Below the pieces are notes generated by a model. The model saw only the letters and a program-made list of their open reading frames with translations, was not told the origin of the DNA and made no database searches. From contig JASMKR010000035.1 of the NCBI GenBank assembly GCA_030749075.1, positions 15,858 through 79,857 of the forward strand: a stretch of 64,000 nt of DNA, given 5' to 3'. Numbering within the stretch: the stretch's first letter is position 1; every line of letters starts with the position of its first letter. This DNA is from Candidatus Thalassarchaeaceae archaeon. GTDB lineage: Archaea > Thermoplasmatota > Poseidoniia > Poseidoniales > Thalassarchaeaceae. A program made the translations under genes and the position numbers. Positions 40,347 to 50,484 of this stretch are shown one piece after another.

Positions 40347-41666
40347 ATGGCATGGAGCAGGAAGTCGGCGATGTTCGCATCGCTGTCAATCGCCATGTAT
40401 CTCTTGGGCCTCGTTCTGCGTAACCAGCAATTGGTTACCGTCGCTGTAGTCTTGCTCTCATTCCTTACTTGGGCTGCAATGAGGACTGCCCACGGCGACG
40501 TCTCCTCGACTGGAAGGAGGATTGAGGATGCGAACATAGACGAGGGCATCCAACTCCAGAACATCACCGCCATGCGCAAGATCTCGGCTGCTCGCGTCTT
40601 CGAGGATGGTGAAATCGATGTCACAGTGCGATTACAGAATCGCTCAAACATCTCTAAGGTTCTCGAGTTGCGCGATCGCGTGCCTGAGGTTATGAGAATT
40701 AAGAAGGGTGCCAACTACGTTCTGATGGAGATAGGCCCCCAGAGGGAGACCGAGATCTCCTATACCATCGAGGCTCCACTCAGAGGCTTCTACACCATAG
40801 GTCCAGTTTGCATCAGGGTCCAAGATGAGTTCGGACTGTTCCACAACGAGCGTGAGATTCAGCTCTACGACGATTTCCTCGTGTTCCCCAAGATGGAAGA
40901 CATAAAGGATGCGTTGATCAAAAGCAGGGTCCCGAAGATTTTCACTGGGGCTGTAAACATAAGGAACCCCGGTGAAGGCTCGAACTTCTACAACCTCAGG
41001 GAGTACCTCCCAGGGGACCCGATGAAGAAAATCAACTGGAAAGCTACGGCTCGGCAGGATGGGAAGATGATGGTTAACGAGTTCGAGCGAGATGCGGTCA
41101 GCGACGTGATTCTCATTGTTGACAGTAGAGAGGTGAGCGAGACCGGCCCAGTCAGCCGAAACTCGCTCGTATCCAGCACCCGGGCCGCAGCTAGTCTCTC
41201 TCAGTACTTCCTCTCTCGCCGTGACTCAGTAGGGCTGGTGGTTTACGGGGACGAAATAGTGTCAGTCGACAGGGACACCGGAAAGAAGCAGTTGTACATC
41301 CTTCTGACGAAACTCGCCGGCGCCATGGCCAAGGGAAACACTCCGCTCAAGATTGTCACCAATCGAATCATGCCCCACATCCACCGAGGCAGCCCGATCA
41401 TCATCCTCTCATCCCTCGAGGACGATCCGACTATCGTGGATGCGGTGCGCGACCTAAGGGCCAGAAGTTTTGAGGTCACGATTCTCTCCCCTAGCAGCCT
41501 CGAGTTCGAGTTCGACGCTAGGAGGCTCGACAGGACTGGTTACGAGGTCCTCAAGACCGAACGCGACATTCTGATGACCGAGCTTAGAGGCTTGGGGGCG
41601 TATGTGATGGATTGGGAGCCGGACATGCTTCTGTACACGGCACTCGCAGGAGCAAGGGGATTCTGA
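40347..41666 (+). CDS. DUF58 domain protein
   Basis: G..FYNLREYLPGDPMKKINWKATAR..KMMVNEFE, D.VGL. Confidence 0.9.
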   Translation: MAWSRKSAMFASLSIAMYLLGLVLRNQQLVTVAVVLLSFLTWAAMRTAHGDVSSTGRRIEDANIDEGIQLQNITAMRKISAARVFEDGEIDVTVRLQNRSNISKVLELRDRVPEVMRIKKGANYVLMEIGPQRETEISYTIEAPLRGFYTIGPVCIRVQDEFGLFHNEREIQLYDDFLVFPKMEDIKDALIKSRVPKIFTGAVNIRNPGEGSNFYNLREYLPGDPMKKINWKATARQDGKMMVNEFERDAVSDVILIVDSREVSETGPVSRNSLVSSTRAAASLSQYFLSRRDSVGLVVYGDEIVSVDRDTGKKQLYILLTKLAGAMAKGNTPLKIVTNRIMPHIHRGSPIIILSSLEDDPTIVDAVRDLRARSFEVTILSPSSLEFEFDARRLDRTGYEVLKTERDILMTELRGLGAYVMDWEPDMLLYTALAGARGF

Positions 41667-41672
41667 GGTGAG

Positions 41673-42608
41673 TTGATGGCGGAACAGGATGATGGCAAGG
41701 GGCCGGTGGATACCTCGAATCTATACGAGGGAAAGGTGGTCCGATCTTCTGCCCCCAGTCGAAGAAAGGCCGCTGGCACACTGAAGAAGAGCACAGACAT
41801 ACCCGAAGACGCCGTACCCGAAGTGCTCGTACCAAGTTGGGTCGAGACCATCTTCGGTGGACCGGTGGTAGCGAAGAGGGATTTCCTGTCTCCCGACAGG
41901 ATGGTTGTTTCTCTCCAAGTATGGTCGTCAGCCACCCTTCTGATTCTCTGCTTCCTCACGTTCATGCTTACTCCCGTGTCTGGGACCGCATGGTTCGCTG
42001 TCTCGAATATTATAGGAATCGAATCACTGGGCGTGGTGATTCACCTAGGACTAATGCTGATTGGGCTGGTTGGAGGATTCTATGGAGTATTCCAGCGTGA
42101 TCAGCGTGCGATTCTGGCGTCGTACATCGCACTCATCCTCGTAACTATCAGATTCGCTGGGAGCAAGGTTGAGTTCGGCTTGAGTTTCCTGCCCGAAGGA
42201 GAGGTGATTCAGAAGATCCTCCTGATTTTCTACGCCATCTTCCTAGTCATGTACATCGAGATTTCCAGTGGGATCATTCGATTCTCCATTCTGGACACCT
42301 CCATCCGGACTGGGGAGGTATACGTGATGAACGTCAACAAGATCTCGGGGAGATACAGTCGAGCTCTGGGCGTCACACCTGCGATTGCTGGATTCGTGGC
42401 GATGCTGACCCTCTTCATCAACCTCATCGTTCCGGCCTTCGTGGGCATCTTCGATCAGGTGGCGGCGAACAGACTGAGGGAGAGCGTCGAGCTGACTAGC
42501 GTCTATGGGGTCGCTCTGGGAACGATACTGGTCTTCATGATAATCGCATCCATGTTCGCAGTCAATCTTCCACTCAGGATTCAGGAGTACCTCGAACGTC
42601 AGTCCTGA
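41673..42608 (+). CDS. Hypothetical multi-pass membrane protein
   Basis: About six TM segments; AGGTGA RBS; last gene of the moxR operon. Confidence 0.65.
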   Translation: MMAEQDDGKGPVDTSNLYEGKVVRSSAPSRRKAAGTLKKSTDIPEDAVPEVLVPSWVETIFGGPVVAKRDFLSPDRMVVSLQVWSSATLLILCFLTFMLTPVSGTAWFAVSNIIGIESLGVVIHLGLMLIGLVGGFYGVFQRDQRAILASYIALILVTIRFAGSKVEFGLSFLPEGEVIQKILLIFYAIFLVMYIEISSGIIRFSILDTSIRTGEVYVMNVNKISGRYSRALGVTPAIAGFVAMLTLFINLIVPAFVGIFDQVAANRLRESVELTSVYGVALGTILVFMIIASMFAVNLPLRIQEYLERQS

Positions 42609-43708
42609 TTGCCCAAGAATCCGCCCACCATGCCAAGGTCACAAACCACAAGCATGGCTACTGCCTCCACCACTGGAGCGGCCCTTGGTCCGATGACGGG
42701 ATCGTGCCTGCCACCGACCTTGAGAGCCCGAATCTCATTGCTAGGAAGGTGCAATGTGAATTGCTCTCGTGGAATGCTGCTTGGAGGTTTGAAGTGAACC
42801 CTCACACGAATCGGGGCCCCGGTTGAACGCCCTCCGAGTGCCCCATCAGAATCACCATTGTCGGACCCTTCGGGAACGGGCGATTCAACCCCGGGGAGCC
42901 ATGCGTCATTGTTCTCCGAACCTCGCATCATCGACGATTCAAAACCATGTGAGAACTCTACAGCGCGAGCGCCTGGAATCGCCATCAGACCACGTGCCAA
43001 TGCTGGCTCGATGCCGTCGAACCAAGGCTCACCGACTCCAATGGGAAGGCCCTCTATCAGGAGTTCGACGACTGAGCCTATGGTGTCACGGTCCCCACGA
43101 ATTGATTTCAGGTAGTCCGAGATTAGGGAGGAGGCCTCGGGGTCCCTGCAGTTCAGTCTCCCCATGTCGCTATCCATATCCAAGGGAGTGGTTCGATCCA
43201 GTTCGAAGAGCGGCCTTGCGGCAATCTCACCTACACTGTGCAAATGCGCGTTGCACGACCATCCGACAGAGTCCAGAATGCCTCGTACTTGACTTCCAGC
43301 AGCCACGAGGCCAAGGGTCAGGCGAGCGGATTGTGAACCCCCTCCCCGGGGGTCGTTCGCACCGCCAGAGCGGATGAACTCGCCCATATCGGAATGCCCG
43401 GGTCGAGGATGATCCGGGAGGAACTCGTAATCAGAGGAACGGGCGTCCGAGTTTCGTGCCATCATCAGGATTGGCCAGCCAGTTGCCTTCCCCTCAAAAA
43501 CCCCAGAAAGGATCTCGCAATCGTCCAACTCGGAGCGAGAGGAGAGCCCCTTTCGTCCAGGCTTGCGCGAAGCGAGGTTTCTCGCAAGAGTCACAGGATC
43601 GATCGGAGTGCCCGGAGGGACTCCCTCGAAGAGCGCTCCAACACAGGTTCCATGGCTCTCTCCGAATAGTGTCACACGCAGCCGATCGCCTAGAGACATA
43701 CCCATCAC
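42599..43708 (-). CDS. aroC: Chorismate synthase
   Basis: FGESHG, RPGH.D, RGG...SAR.T, FKPPSSI, GRHDP. Confidence 0.94.
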   Translation of the reverse strand: MMGMSLGDRLRVTLFGESHGTCVGALFEGVPPGTPIDPVTLARNLASRKPGRKGLSSRSELDDCEILSGVFEGKATGWPILMMARNSDARSSDYEFLPDHPRPGHSDMGEFIRSGGANDPRGGGSQSARLTLGLVAAGSQVRGILDSVGWSCNAHLHSVGEIAARPLFELDRTTPLDMDSDMGRLNCRDPEASSLISDYLKSIRGDRDTIGSVVELLIEGLPIGVGEPWFDGIEPALARGLMAIPGARAVEFSHGFESSMMRGSENNDAWLPGVESPVPEGSDNGDSDGALGGRSTGAPIRVRVHFKPPSSIPREQFTLHLPSNEIRALKVGGRHDPVIGPRAAPVVEAVAMLVVCDLGMVGGFLGNQD

Positions 43709-44562
43709 AAAACCTCCTCACTGATTGTCTCGCAGGTGATGAACCTGGTTGAAATAACCTCGAGTCCAGCATCAGAAAGGTTCGAGATTAGTGTCTGTGA
43801 ATCTTGGGGGTAGCAGACTACAGCAATTGTCGAGCCAGAGCCGCTGATGCCGGCTGCTATCGCCCCAGTGGCGATGCAAAGGTTGCATAATCGAAGGGCT
43901 TCGAAGTCTTCGGTAGCTGCCGCCACTGCCATTCCATTGGCAGATAGGGCCTCCAGTGGGAAACCACTGGCAAGCGATGCCAGAGCCCTTTCGAAGAGAT
44001 GATGGTGCTGGTTGAACGAGTCGAGCTTGATCCTAGACTTCCTCTCTCCGCGAAGCCCGAGTAGGACGATCAGGCCTTGTTCCATGTCGCCCTCGAGCAA
44101 TACTGACTTGGATGATTTCTGTTCGGGGTCGACTAGTTTCCATCCAGGGCAGAGCGCCGCCCAGACGTCATCCAAGCTACCGGTGAGGGTGCAATTCGCT
44201 CTCCTCTGGGCAGAAACGGCTAGATCTGCGATTTCGTGGTCAGATAGGCCAGCCCACGAAGACTCGTTCAGCGCTCGCAGAGCGGCACACGCTAGAGATG
44301 AACTGGACTTGAGGCCTTGGCCCACTGGCAGTTCGCTCTCGACGATCCATCCGTACGATTCAGCAGAGGGGAGTCCGGCTAAGCGCCAGCATGCCAGTAC
44401 GGAGTCAAGCAAACCATGCTCGTCGTCCTCAACTGTACATGGCTCATCTAGTAGTCTTACGGTAGTCTGCAAATCCACACCCACCGAGCATCCCTTGCCC
44501 AAGCCCAAGGCGTGGAGAATGGAAATCCCTCCATTGGCGACTCCAAACCCCAGTACGGTCAT
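43705..44562 (-). CDS. aroK: Shikimate kinase, archaeal GHMP type
   Basis: SELPVGQGLKSSS, TLTGSLDD, AAGISGSG; within the aro operon. Confidence 0.88.
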   Translation of the reverse strand: MTVLGFGVANGGISILHALGLGKGCSVGVDLQTTVRLLDEPCTVEDDEHGLLDSVLACWRLAGLPSAESYGWIVESELPVGQGLKSSSSLACAALRALNESSWAGLSDHEIADLAVSAQRRANCTLTGSLDDVWAALCPGWKLVDPEQKSSKSVLLEGDMEQGLIVLLGLRGERKSRIKLDSFNQHHHLFERALASLASGFPLEALSANGMAVAAATEDFEALRLCNLCIATGAIAAGISGSGSTIAVVCYPQDSQTLISNLSDAGLEVISTRFITCETISEEVL

Positions 44563-45539
44563 TTCTCAATCGTGCCCCCTTCAAGTGCGAGTCCCACGTG
44601 TCTCATTCTTAGATCTCTAAGAACGGAAATCTCGTCCCCAGAAGCGAGATCGGTGAGTGATATATTTCCGCCACCAGGAGTCACTAGGCGTACTGTCTCG
44701 GCCTGTTGGGCGATAATCTGCCCTTCGAATTCTTGCGAGAGGTATCGAACCAGGAGAAATGGTCGCCGCTCGATCTTTAGGCGTCCTATGGTCACCGGCC
44801 TCTGCGAGCCATCTGGCAATACGATGGCTACATCATCGCCGGCGCTGAGTTCGCTTAGGTACTTGGTCGAGCCGTCAGCCATGAGGGCATACGAGTGGAC
44901 AGCCCCCGCATTTACCCTGAACGGCCTAGTGGGGACGTATTCACTGGGGACGGTCTCACCGTGAACCAAGCATAGCAATCCAGAAACAGAGCCGATTGCC
45001 ATCCCTTCTCCTTCGTCCAGCCTCTGAATCAGATCGATGCAGGCCCTCTCGCCGATTCCCCCATTCTCGATCGAGGTGATAACGGCTGAGGAGGTTTTCG
45101 CGGGGGGCGAGGAGGGGGCGTCTTCGGAGGGCACCCGTAATCCCACCACCTCGCTAGCTGCCCCCCATAGGTCATCTGCGACGAGTATCGCATCAACCCC
45201 ATAATCGAGGGCAAAGGCGGCGCCGGTAAGGTCGGCCTCGTTGATAATCGCGGCAGTAATCCTAGTTCCGCTGCCCCTGGATGCCGCTACGAGATTCTCA
45301 AGGGGGATCATCGTCCAATCCGAGCATCTGACCAAAATCCAAGGCACCATACCAATGAGTGAAAGTGCCTCTTCTTGAGACCGGAAATCGTCGAGTTTCA
45401 CCTCTGCTACGTCGTGAGCCCTTCCCCTCCAGACACGGTTGGCTTCATTCTTCTCCTTCTGACCACCAATTGAAGCATCGTGCCAAAGTTCCACGTATTC
45501 ACCCCAGATGACTCGCCGCTTCGGACGCACTTTCCCCAT
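44559..45539 (-). CDS. 3-dehydroquinate synthase II
   Basis: DWTMIPLENL.A, G.GERACID, LVHGET, RPFRVNAGAVHSY, GR.KIERRP, Q.AETVRL; start uncertain. Confidence 0.9.
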   Translation of the reverse strand: MGKVRPKRRVIWGEYVELWHDASIGGQKEKNEANRVWRGRAHDVAEVKLDDFRSQEEALSLIGMVPWILVRCSDWTMIPLENLVAASRGSGTRITAAIINEADLTGAAFALDYGVDAILVADDLWGAASEVVGLRVPSEDAPSSPPAKTSSAVITSIENGGIGERACIDLIQRLDEGEGMAIGSVSGLLCLVHGETVPSEYVPTRPFRVNAGAVHSYALMADGSTKYLSELSAGDDVAIVLPDGSQRPVTIGRLKIERRPFLLVRYLSQEFEGQIIAQQAETVRLVTPGGGNISLTDLASGDEISVLRDLRMRHVGLALEGGTIEK

Positions 45540-46293
45540 TGTGAACTATTGCGCTGAGGGCCCTGACATGGTCTGCAGGGTCCTCGGCTCCGAAAACCTG
45601 GCGCCCTATGCACACGCCGGCGCCACCTGCGCCCATCGCCTGCTCGGCGATGCCCAATAGCTCAGTGAAGGATGTACCCCCGGGCCCTCCGGCGATAAGG
45701 ATCGGAATCGGAGCGGCCGAGGTGACGACGGAGAATGATTCTGGAGAGCCGGTCCACGGGACCTTGGCGATGTGGCACCCCAGTTCCCATGCCAAACGGA
45801 CAGCATGGGCGATTCCATGGGTGGAGTCGGTCGGGTCGAGCATGAGGTTGGGGCCGCGAGGGTATGCCATCCCCAGAACTGGAAGTCCGAGGGGATGCGC
45901 ATCAGAGGTCAATGAGCCCATGCGCTCGATCATGTCTGCCTCGGCATCCTCTCCGAGGTTGATTTGGGCTGAGAGGCCGGTGGCTCCGCGCGCGAGACAC
46001 TCTCCGGCTGTGGCCACGCTGACCTTGTCTTGAGCGCGCGTCCCACCGTGGACGGTGGAGGCCGAGACATGGCATACGAAGCCCCCCCAGCCCGTTCGTT
46101 CGACGTGGTGGCTGACAGCCCCCTTCTGGAGGACGACGGCGTCTGCGCCGCCGGCTATGGCAGCGTCAACGGCAGCGTCCGTATCTCCCAAGCCGGCTTC
46201 TGGATACCTCGAGGCGCTGTGGTCCATCGGAACCCAGACCCCCCTGCCGCCGGGCAGGAGGCGCTCGAGGCGCTCGGAGAGCGTTTCGACCAT
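45499..46293 (-). CDS. 2-amino-3,7-dideoxy-D-threo-hept-6-ulosonate synthase (class I aldolase, AroA')
   Basis: VPMDH, QKG, H.SAST, MAYPRG, R.A.ELG...K, AGG, GR.VF. Confidence 0.87.
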   Translation of the reverse strand: MVETLSERLERLLPGGRGVWVPMDHSASRYPEAGLGDTDAAVDAAIAGGADAVVLQKGAVSHHVERTGWGGFVCHVSASTVHGGTRAQDKVSVATAGECLARGATGLSAQINLGEDAEADMIERMGSLTSDAHPLGLPVLGMAYPRGPNLMLDPTDSTHGIAHAVRLAWELGCHIAKVPWTGSPESFSVVTSAAPIPILIAGGPGGTSFTELLGIAEQAMGAGGAGVCIGRQVFGAEDPADHVRALSAIVHNGESASEAASHLG

Positions 46294-46373
46294 GTATCGC
46301 CGCCAGCGCTTCACCACTTGAAAGGTGACGCACGATACCCTCCGGCCAGACAGCCGCTCCCACAGGGAGCGGA

Positions 46374-47153
46374 TCAAAGATCGAGATCGATTATCAGAGG
46401 AGCGTGGTCAGACACACCAAGGCCGCCTTCTCGTATCACCTCGGCGGATTTGAACAGGGGCCTTGCAGCGGCGTTGGCTAGAACGTAGTCTATCCTCCAA
46501 CCACGATCCTCCGCCCTCGCCCTGCCGCGAAATGACCACCAAGTGTAGGGGCCCTTTCGTGATCCATAGTGAATCCTATGCAGGTCGTACCAACCGATTG
46601 CTAGGAATCGGCTGAACCACTCGCGCTCATGATCGAGGAAGCCCGAGGTAGTTCGATTTCCGCTGGGGTTCCAGATGTCGTCCTCGGTGTGGGCTATGTT
46701 GAGGTCACCCACTAGGACCACGGGCTCAGCGGAGTCGAGGAACTGCTTGCTCCATGGCAGGAGATCCTCGAGCCACTCGTCCTTGTAGGCCTGGCGCTCT
46801 GGTCCGGAGCCGCCATTGGGCAGGTAGATGTTGATGCACGTCAGTGGGCCGCAGTTGGTAGTCAGAACCCGCCCCTCGGCATCCTCGGGGTCGAGCTTGG
46901 TTGCTATTCCACGACCGATTTCCTCCAGCCCAACCCGGGACATCGTAGCAACACCAGAATACCCCTTGCGTTCGGCCGGATGCCAGATAACCTCGTGCCT
47001 GTCAGGAAGAGACCAATCGGTTGGAAGTTGCTCAGGAAGAGCACGCACTTCTTGGAGTAACCAAATGTCTGCATCTATCCTCTCAATGAAGTCATCCAAG
47101 CCTTTGCGGATGGCGGCACGGATGCCGTTGACGTTCCAAGTCACTATGCGCAC
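46374..47153 (-). CDS. xth: Exodeoxyribonuclease III / AP endonuclease
   Basis: TWNVNGIRA, LQE, KGYSGVA, EGR, YLPNG, GDLN, YTWW, GWRIDY, SDHAP. Confidence 0.95.
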   Translation of the reverse strand: MRIVTWNVNGIRAAIRKGLDDFIERIDADIWLLQEVRALPEQLPTDWSLPDRHEVIWHPAERKGYSGVATMSRVGLEEIGRGIATKLDPEDAEGRVLTTNCGPLTCINIYLPNGGSGPERQAYKDEWLEDLLPWSKQFLDSAEPVVLVGDLNIAHTEDDIWNPSGNRTTSGFLDHEREWFSRFLAIGWYDLHRIHYGSRKGPYTWWSFRGRARAEDRGWRIDYVLANAAARPLFKSAEVIREGGLGVSDHAPLIIDLDL

Positions 47154-47162
47154 GGGCAGTCC

Positions 47163-49622
47163 TCACTGCGAGAGGTCTTTGACCTTCTCGACCAGTTCCA
47201 TCCTTTGGATTCTGTTCGCCCCATATGGGGTCAGTAAAACCGAGACGAGCACCACGATTCCAATCAACTCGGCTGCCACGTATGGATCAGCTTGCACAGT
47301 AAGGAAGAAGGCCCATTGGACGAATGAGTCAATCAGTGCCTGGGTCCCCACGATAGTGAAGATGAATGCTAGGACGCCCCCAATGAGCCCGATGGCGAGG
47401 TGCTCACCGAACATCATCCAGCGAATGCGACTTATCGGGGCGCCCAGTACCCTCAGAGTGGCGATCTCCGAATCACGCTCTGCAAGGTTCAGCAGAAGCG
47501 TGTTGAATAGGACCACGGCAGCGATGAGTATGCCCAAAAAGAGGATTGCGCCGAAGGCGGCCTGCTGCTGCTCAAGGAGTGACTCGAATGTTCGTATCAA
47601 ATCCTTCTTCTGGGTTATTCCCAAGGAGATGTCTCCCAGTTCGCTGTCGACCTCCACCCCCTCGGGAAGGTCGATCAGGATCGAGGTGGCTTCGATTCCG
47701 ATGACCTGCGCCAGATCCCCCCTGTGAAAGTAGATTGTACGAGAGACCTCTCCTTGCGTTATTCCCGTAATCTCGACCTGTTTGGCGGATGAGCCGAACA
47801 TCACAGTCTGAGTCTGCCCCACATCCCATTCCAGGAAAACATGCAGGCCCTCGTCGATGAGAATCTGTGTGGTGGCTGAACCGGCTGCTGGGATGCTGCC
47901 CTCCTTGAGGTCGAGGACCATCATTGCGTCATCCTCGATAGACAGCGTGTCCAACCCATAGGCGAGCAGGTATCTGGAGTCGCCCTCGGGGTTCCCTGGA
48001 AACATCAGCACCGACTCGTGAGCAGCCCCCCTCTCATCGGCCCAGTCAATGACCGCCGCCTCCCCTCCGAATGGGACGACGACCTGAGCGTCCCAGTTCT
48101 GTTTCTCCTTTATCCCTCCCACAGTCAAATCCTCCATGGTTTCCATCATCAGGGTCATGCTGCCGAAGAGTAGCATTGAGAGTCCGACAGCGATGAATGT
48201 GAAGGCGAGTCGGGTCGGCTTCCTGATACTGGATCTGATGGTTAGGCCGGCTGTGGCAGGGAGTCTGGATGTGAGCTTCTGGATGCGTCTGGACGAGATC
48301 CTGACCTCATGCTGCCCTCGCATGACCTCGAGGGGTTGGAGTCTTGATGCCTGAACGGCTGGAAGGATGCCAGAAATCATGACCACGATCATCGAAATCC
48401 CTCCAATCTGGATGACGAGGGGAGTCACATCCGCTGGATTCAGAATCGGGACCCCGATTATTTCCTCGTAGAAACCCAGCATCGCCGGGGCTCCCACGAG
48501 TACCCCCAGCAGGGCACCGAATGAACTGCCGATGAGCCCGATTACCAAGGGCATGAGGATATAACCCGGCATTATGGCACTTCTGGGAATGCCCAGGGTT
48601 CGCAGGATTGCAATCTCCCTCGCCTGCGACTGAACAAGCCTCTGGAGGCTCAGGAAGATGGTGATCCCAGCGATGATGGCTATCATCGCAGTGACTGGGA
48701 TGTACATCATCATCGCACCCTCGGCGTCAGCTCGTAGGAGCTCTACGGAGCTGACTCCCGAGCGGTCGTAGACCAGCGAGGGGGTGTCGTCGGCCTCGAT
48801 CAAGATCGATCTGATGCTGTCCACCAGCGCGCTGAGTTCCCCCCCCTCGTTCTCCGTGGTCGACTGCAGATCGTAATCGGGCGTGCCAACGATGTCAATC
48901 AGCAGCAGATTGGACGAGCCCGGACTGATATTGGCTAGGCGCTCGAGGCCTGTGGCGGAGAGGTAGCCGGTTGCGAAGGTGCCGGGTTCGGCAGGATAGA
49001 GGATTCCCTCCTGGGCAAAGTAGAGGTGGTTGGAGTGAAGGCCTATTCCCACGACCGTGAAGTCCATCCTTCCAGCTCCGGCTCCGATGGATATGGCGTC
49101 CCCAATGCCGATGTCCATCCCCTTTGCCACGCGCACGTCAATGACTATCTCGTCGTCTTCGGAAGCGGCTTGTCCGGAGCAGCAGTCGTGGTCGGGGAAC
49201 CAGACCCTGTCGACGTAGCCCTCGTCGACGCCATGCCATATGGCCGGGACGGGTTTTTCCTCGCCCGCCTCGTCGGTGTGGAACATCAGGCCGTCGAGCC
49301 TCATGCGAGGCTCGCACTCGTTCAGAACGAGTTCGGAGTCAGGCCACTGGTTCGCTATGTCCTCGCAGATCGAGTCGGAGTCGTCCTCATCCCAAGTCCC
49401 ACTCGGATTCTCGACCCAGACATCGGGAAGGTTGACCCCATCATCCGTGTCTGCATAGATGTCCCCGTACATCCCTGAGGCTGTGTGGGCGTAGGAAGCG
49501 AAGGAAATCCCCCCCAAAACGCCGACCGTCACCATCAGGACGACAGCGACGAGCATGATCTTCTTGCGCCACAGGCTCCTTGCGAGGCGCTTGGTCAGCA
49601 GAGCGAACACGGAGCACCTCAC
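47163..49622 (-). CDS. ABC transporter permease, FtsX/LolE-like (duplicated)
   Basis: Two FtsX units (QAREIAILRTLG; ERDSEIATLRVLG) with large external domains. Confidence 0.88.
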   Translation of the reverse strand: MRCSVFALLTKRLARSLWRKKIMLVAVVLMVTVGVLGGISFASYAHTASGMYGDIYADTDDGVNLPDVWVENPSGTWDEDDSDSICEDIANQWPDSELVLNECEPRMRLDGLMFHTDEAGEEKPVPAIWHGVDEGYVDRVWFPDHDCCSGQAASEDDEIVIDVRVAKGMDIGIGDAISIGAGAGRMDFTVVGIGLHSNHLYFAQEGILYPAEPGTFATGYLSATGLERLANISPGSSNLLLIDIVGTPDYDLQSTTENEGGELSALVDSIRSILIEADDTPSLVYDRSGVSSVELLRADAEGAMMMYIPVTAMIAIIAGITIFLSLQRLVQSQAREIAILRTLGIPRSAIMPGYILMPLVIGLIGSSFGALLGVLVGAPAMLGFYEEIIGVPILNPADVTPLVIQIGGISMIVVMISGILPAVQASRLQPLEVMRGQHEVRISSRRIQKLTSRLPATAGLTIRSSIRKPTRLAFTFIAVGLSMLLFGSMTLMMETMEDLTVGGIKEKQNWDAQVVVPFGGEAAVIDWADERGAAHESVLMFPGNPEGDSRYLLAYGLDTLSIEDDAMMVLDLKEGSIPAAGSATTQILIDEGLHVFLEWDVGQTQTVMFGSSAKQVEITGITQGEVSRTIYFHRGDLAQVIGIEATSILIDLPEGVEVDSELGDISLGITQKKDLIRTFESLLEQQQAAFGAILFLGILIAAVVLFNTLLLNLAERDSEIATLRVLGAPISRIRWMMFGEHLAIGLIGGVLAFIFTIVGTQALIDSFVQWAFFLTVQADPYVAAELIGIVVLVSVLLTPYGANRIQRMELVEKVKDLSQ

Positions 49623-50428
49623 CCAACCGGTTCGTCCGACACTATCACGCCGCTGTCTATCCTGACCACCCTAGTGGAGAACTGGATCAGGGACTCGTCG
49701 TGAGTCACGAAGACGCAGGTGATTCCCTCGGCCTCGCAGGCCTTGACGAGGACCTCCATCACCATGGCTGAGGTATTCGAGTCGAGGTTACCGGTCAACT
49801 CGTCTCCGAGCAGCAGGCGTGGGCTTTTGGCCAGACTGCGGGCGATAGCGACCCTCTGCTGCTGGCCGCCGCTGATCTCGGCGGGGAATCGGTCAATCTC
49901 CTCTTCTAGTCCGACTAGTCTGAGCAGGCTCCTTGCACGTTCCTCGTCACGTCCTCCCGCCAATTCCTGTATCAGTAGGAGGTTCTCCAGTACCGTGAGG
50001 TCCTGGAGGAGGTTGAAGAACTGGAAGACGTATCCGATGTTCTCTCTCCTGAATGTGGTCATCTCCTCGCTCGCCTTGGCAATAGGCCTGGAGTGGGTGA
50101 AGTACTCCAGTGGGTACATCACCACTGACTCGATTGGTCTTAACCACCAATCAATGATTCTCCGTCCAGTCAATAATCTGATTCGGGGTCTTGAGATAGC
50201 GCCCTTGGGCACATCCTTGCCATTGAATGAGTAGGAGCCACTGGTCGGGGTGTCGAGCGCAGAGAGGCAGTTGAGTAGCGTTGTCTTGCCGGATCCGGAT
50301 GGTCCGAGCAGGATGATGCGGTCTCCATCGAAAACCTCCAGATCCACCCCGTCTAGGGCCTTGACGGTACCTGAAGCCATGTGATAATGCCTTTCCACCC
50401 CCCTAATGTCGACTAGTGGTTGCACCAT
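49619..50428 (-). CDS. ABC transporter ATP-binding protein, LolD/MacB-like
   Basis: GPSGSGKT, IGYVFQFFNL, ISGGQQQRVAIAR, DELTGNLD, VTHD. Confidence 0.93.
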   Translation of the reverse strand: MVQPLVDIRGVERHYHMASGTVKALDGVDLEVFDGDRIILLGPSGSGKTTLLNCLSALDTPTSGSYSFNGKDVPKGAISRPRIRLLTGRRIIDWWLRPIESVVMYPLEYFTHSRPIAKASEEMTTFRRENIGYVFQFFNLLQDLTVLENLLLIQELAGGRDEERARSLLRLVGLEEEIDRFPAEISGGQQQRVAIARSLAKSPRLLLGDELTGNLDSNTSAMVMEVLVKACEAEGITCVFVTHDESLIQFSTRVVRIDSGVIVSDEPVG

Positions 50429-50484
50429 TATTCACCACCCACGTTGCACTCAAGTCGCTTCTTATTCAAACTAATTGCAAACTC

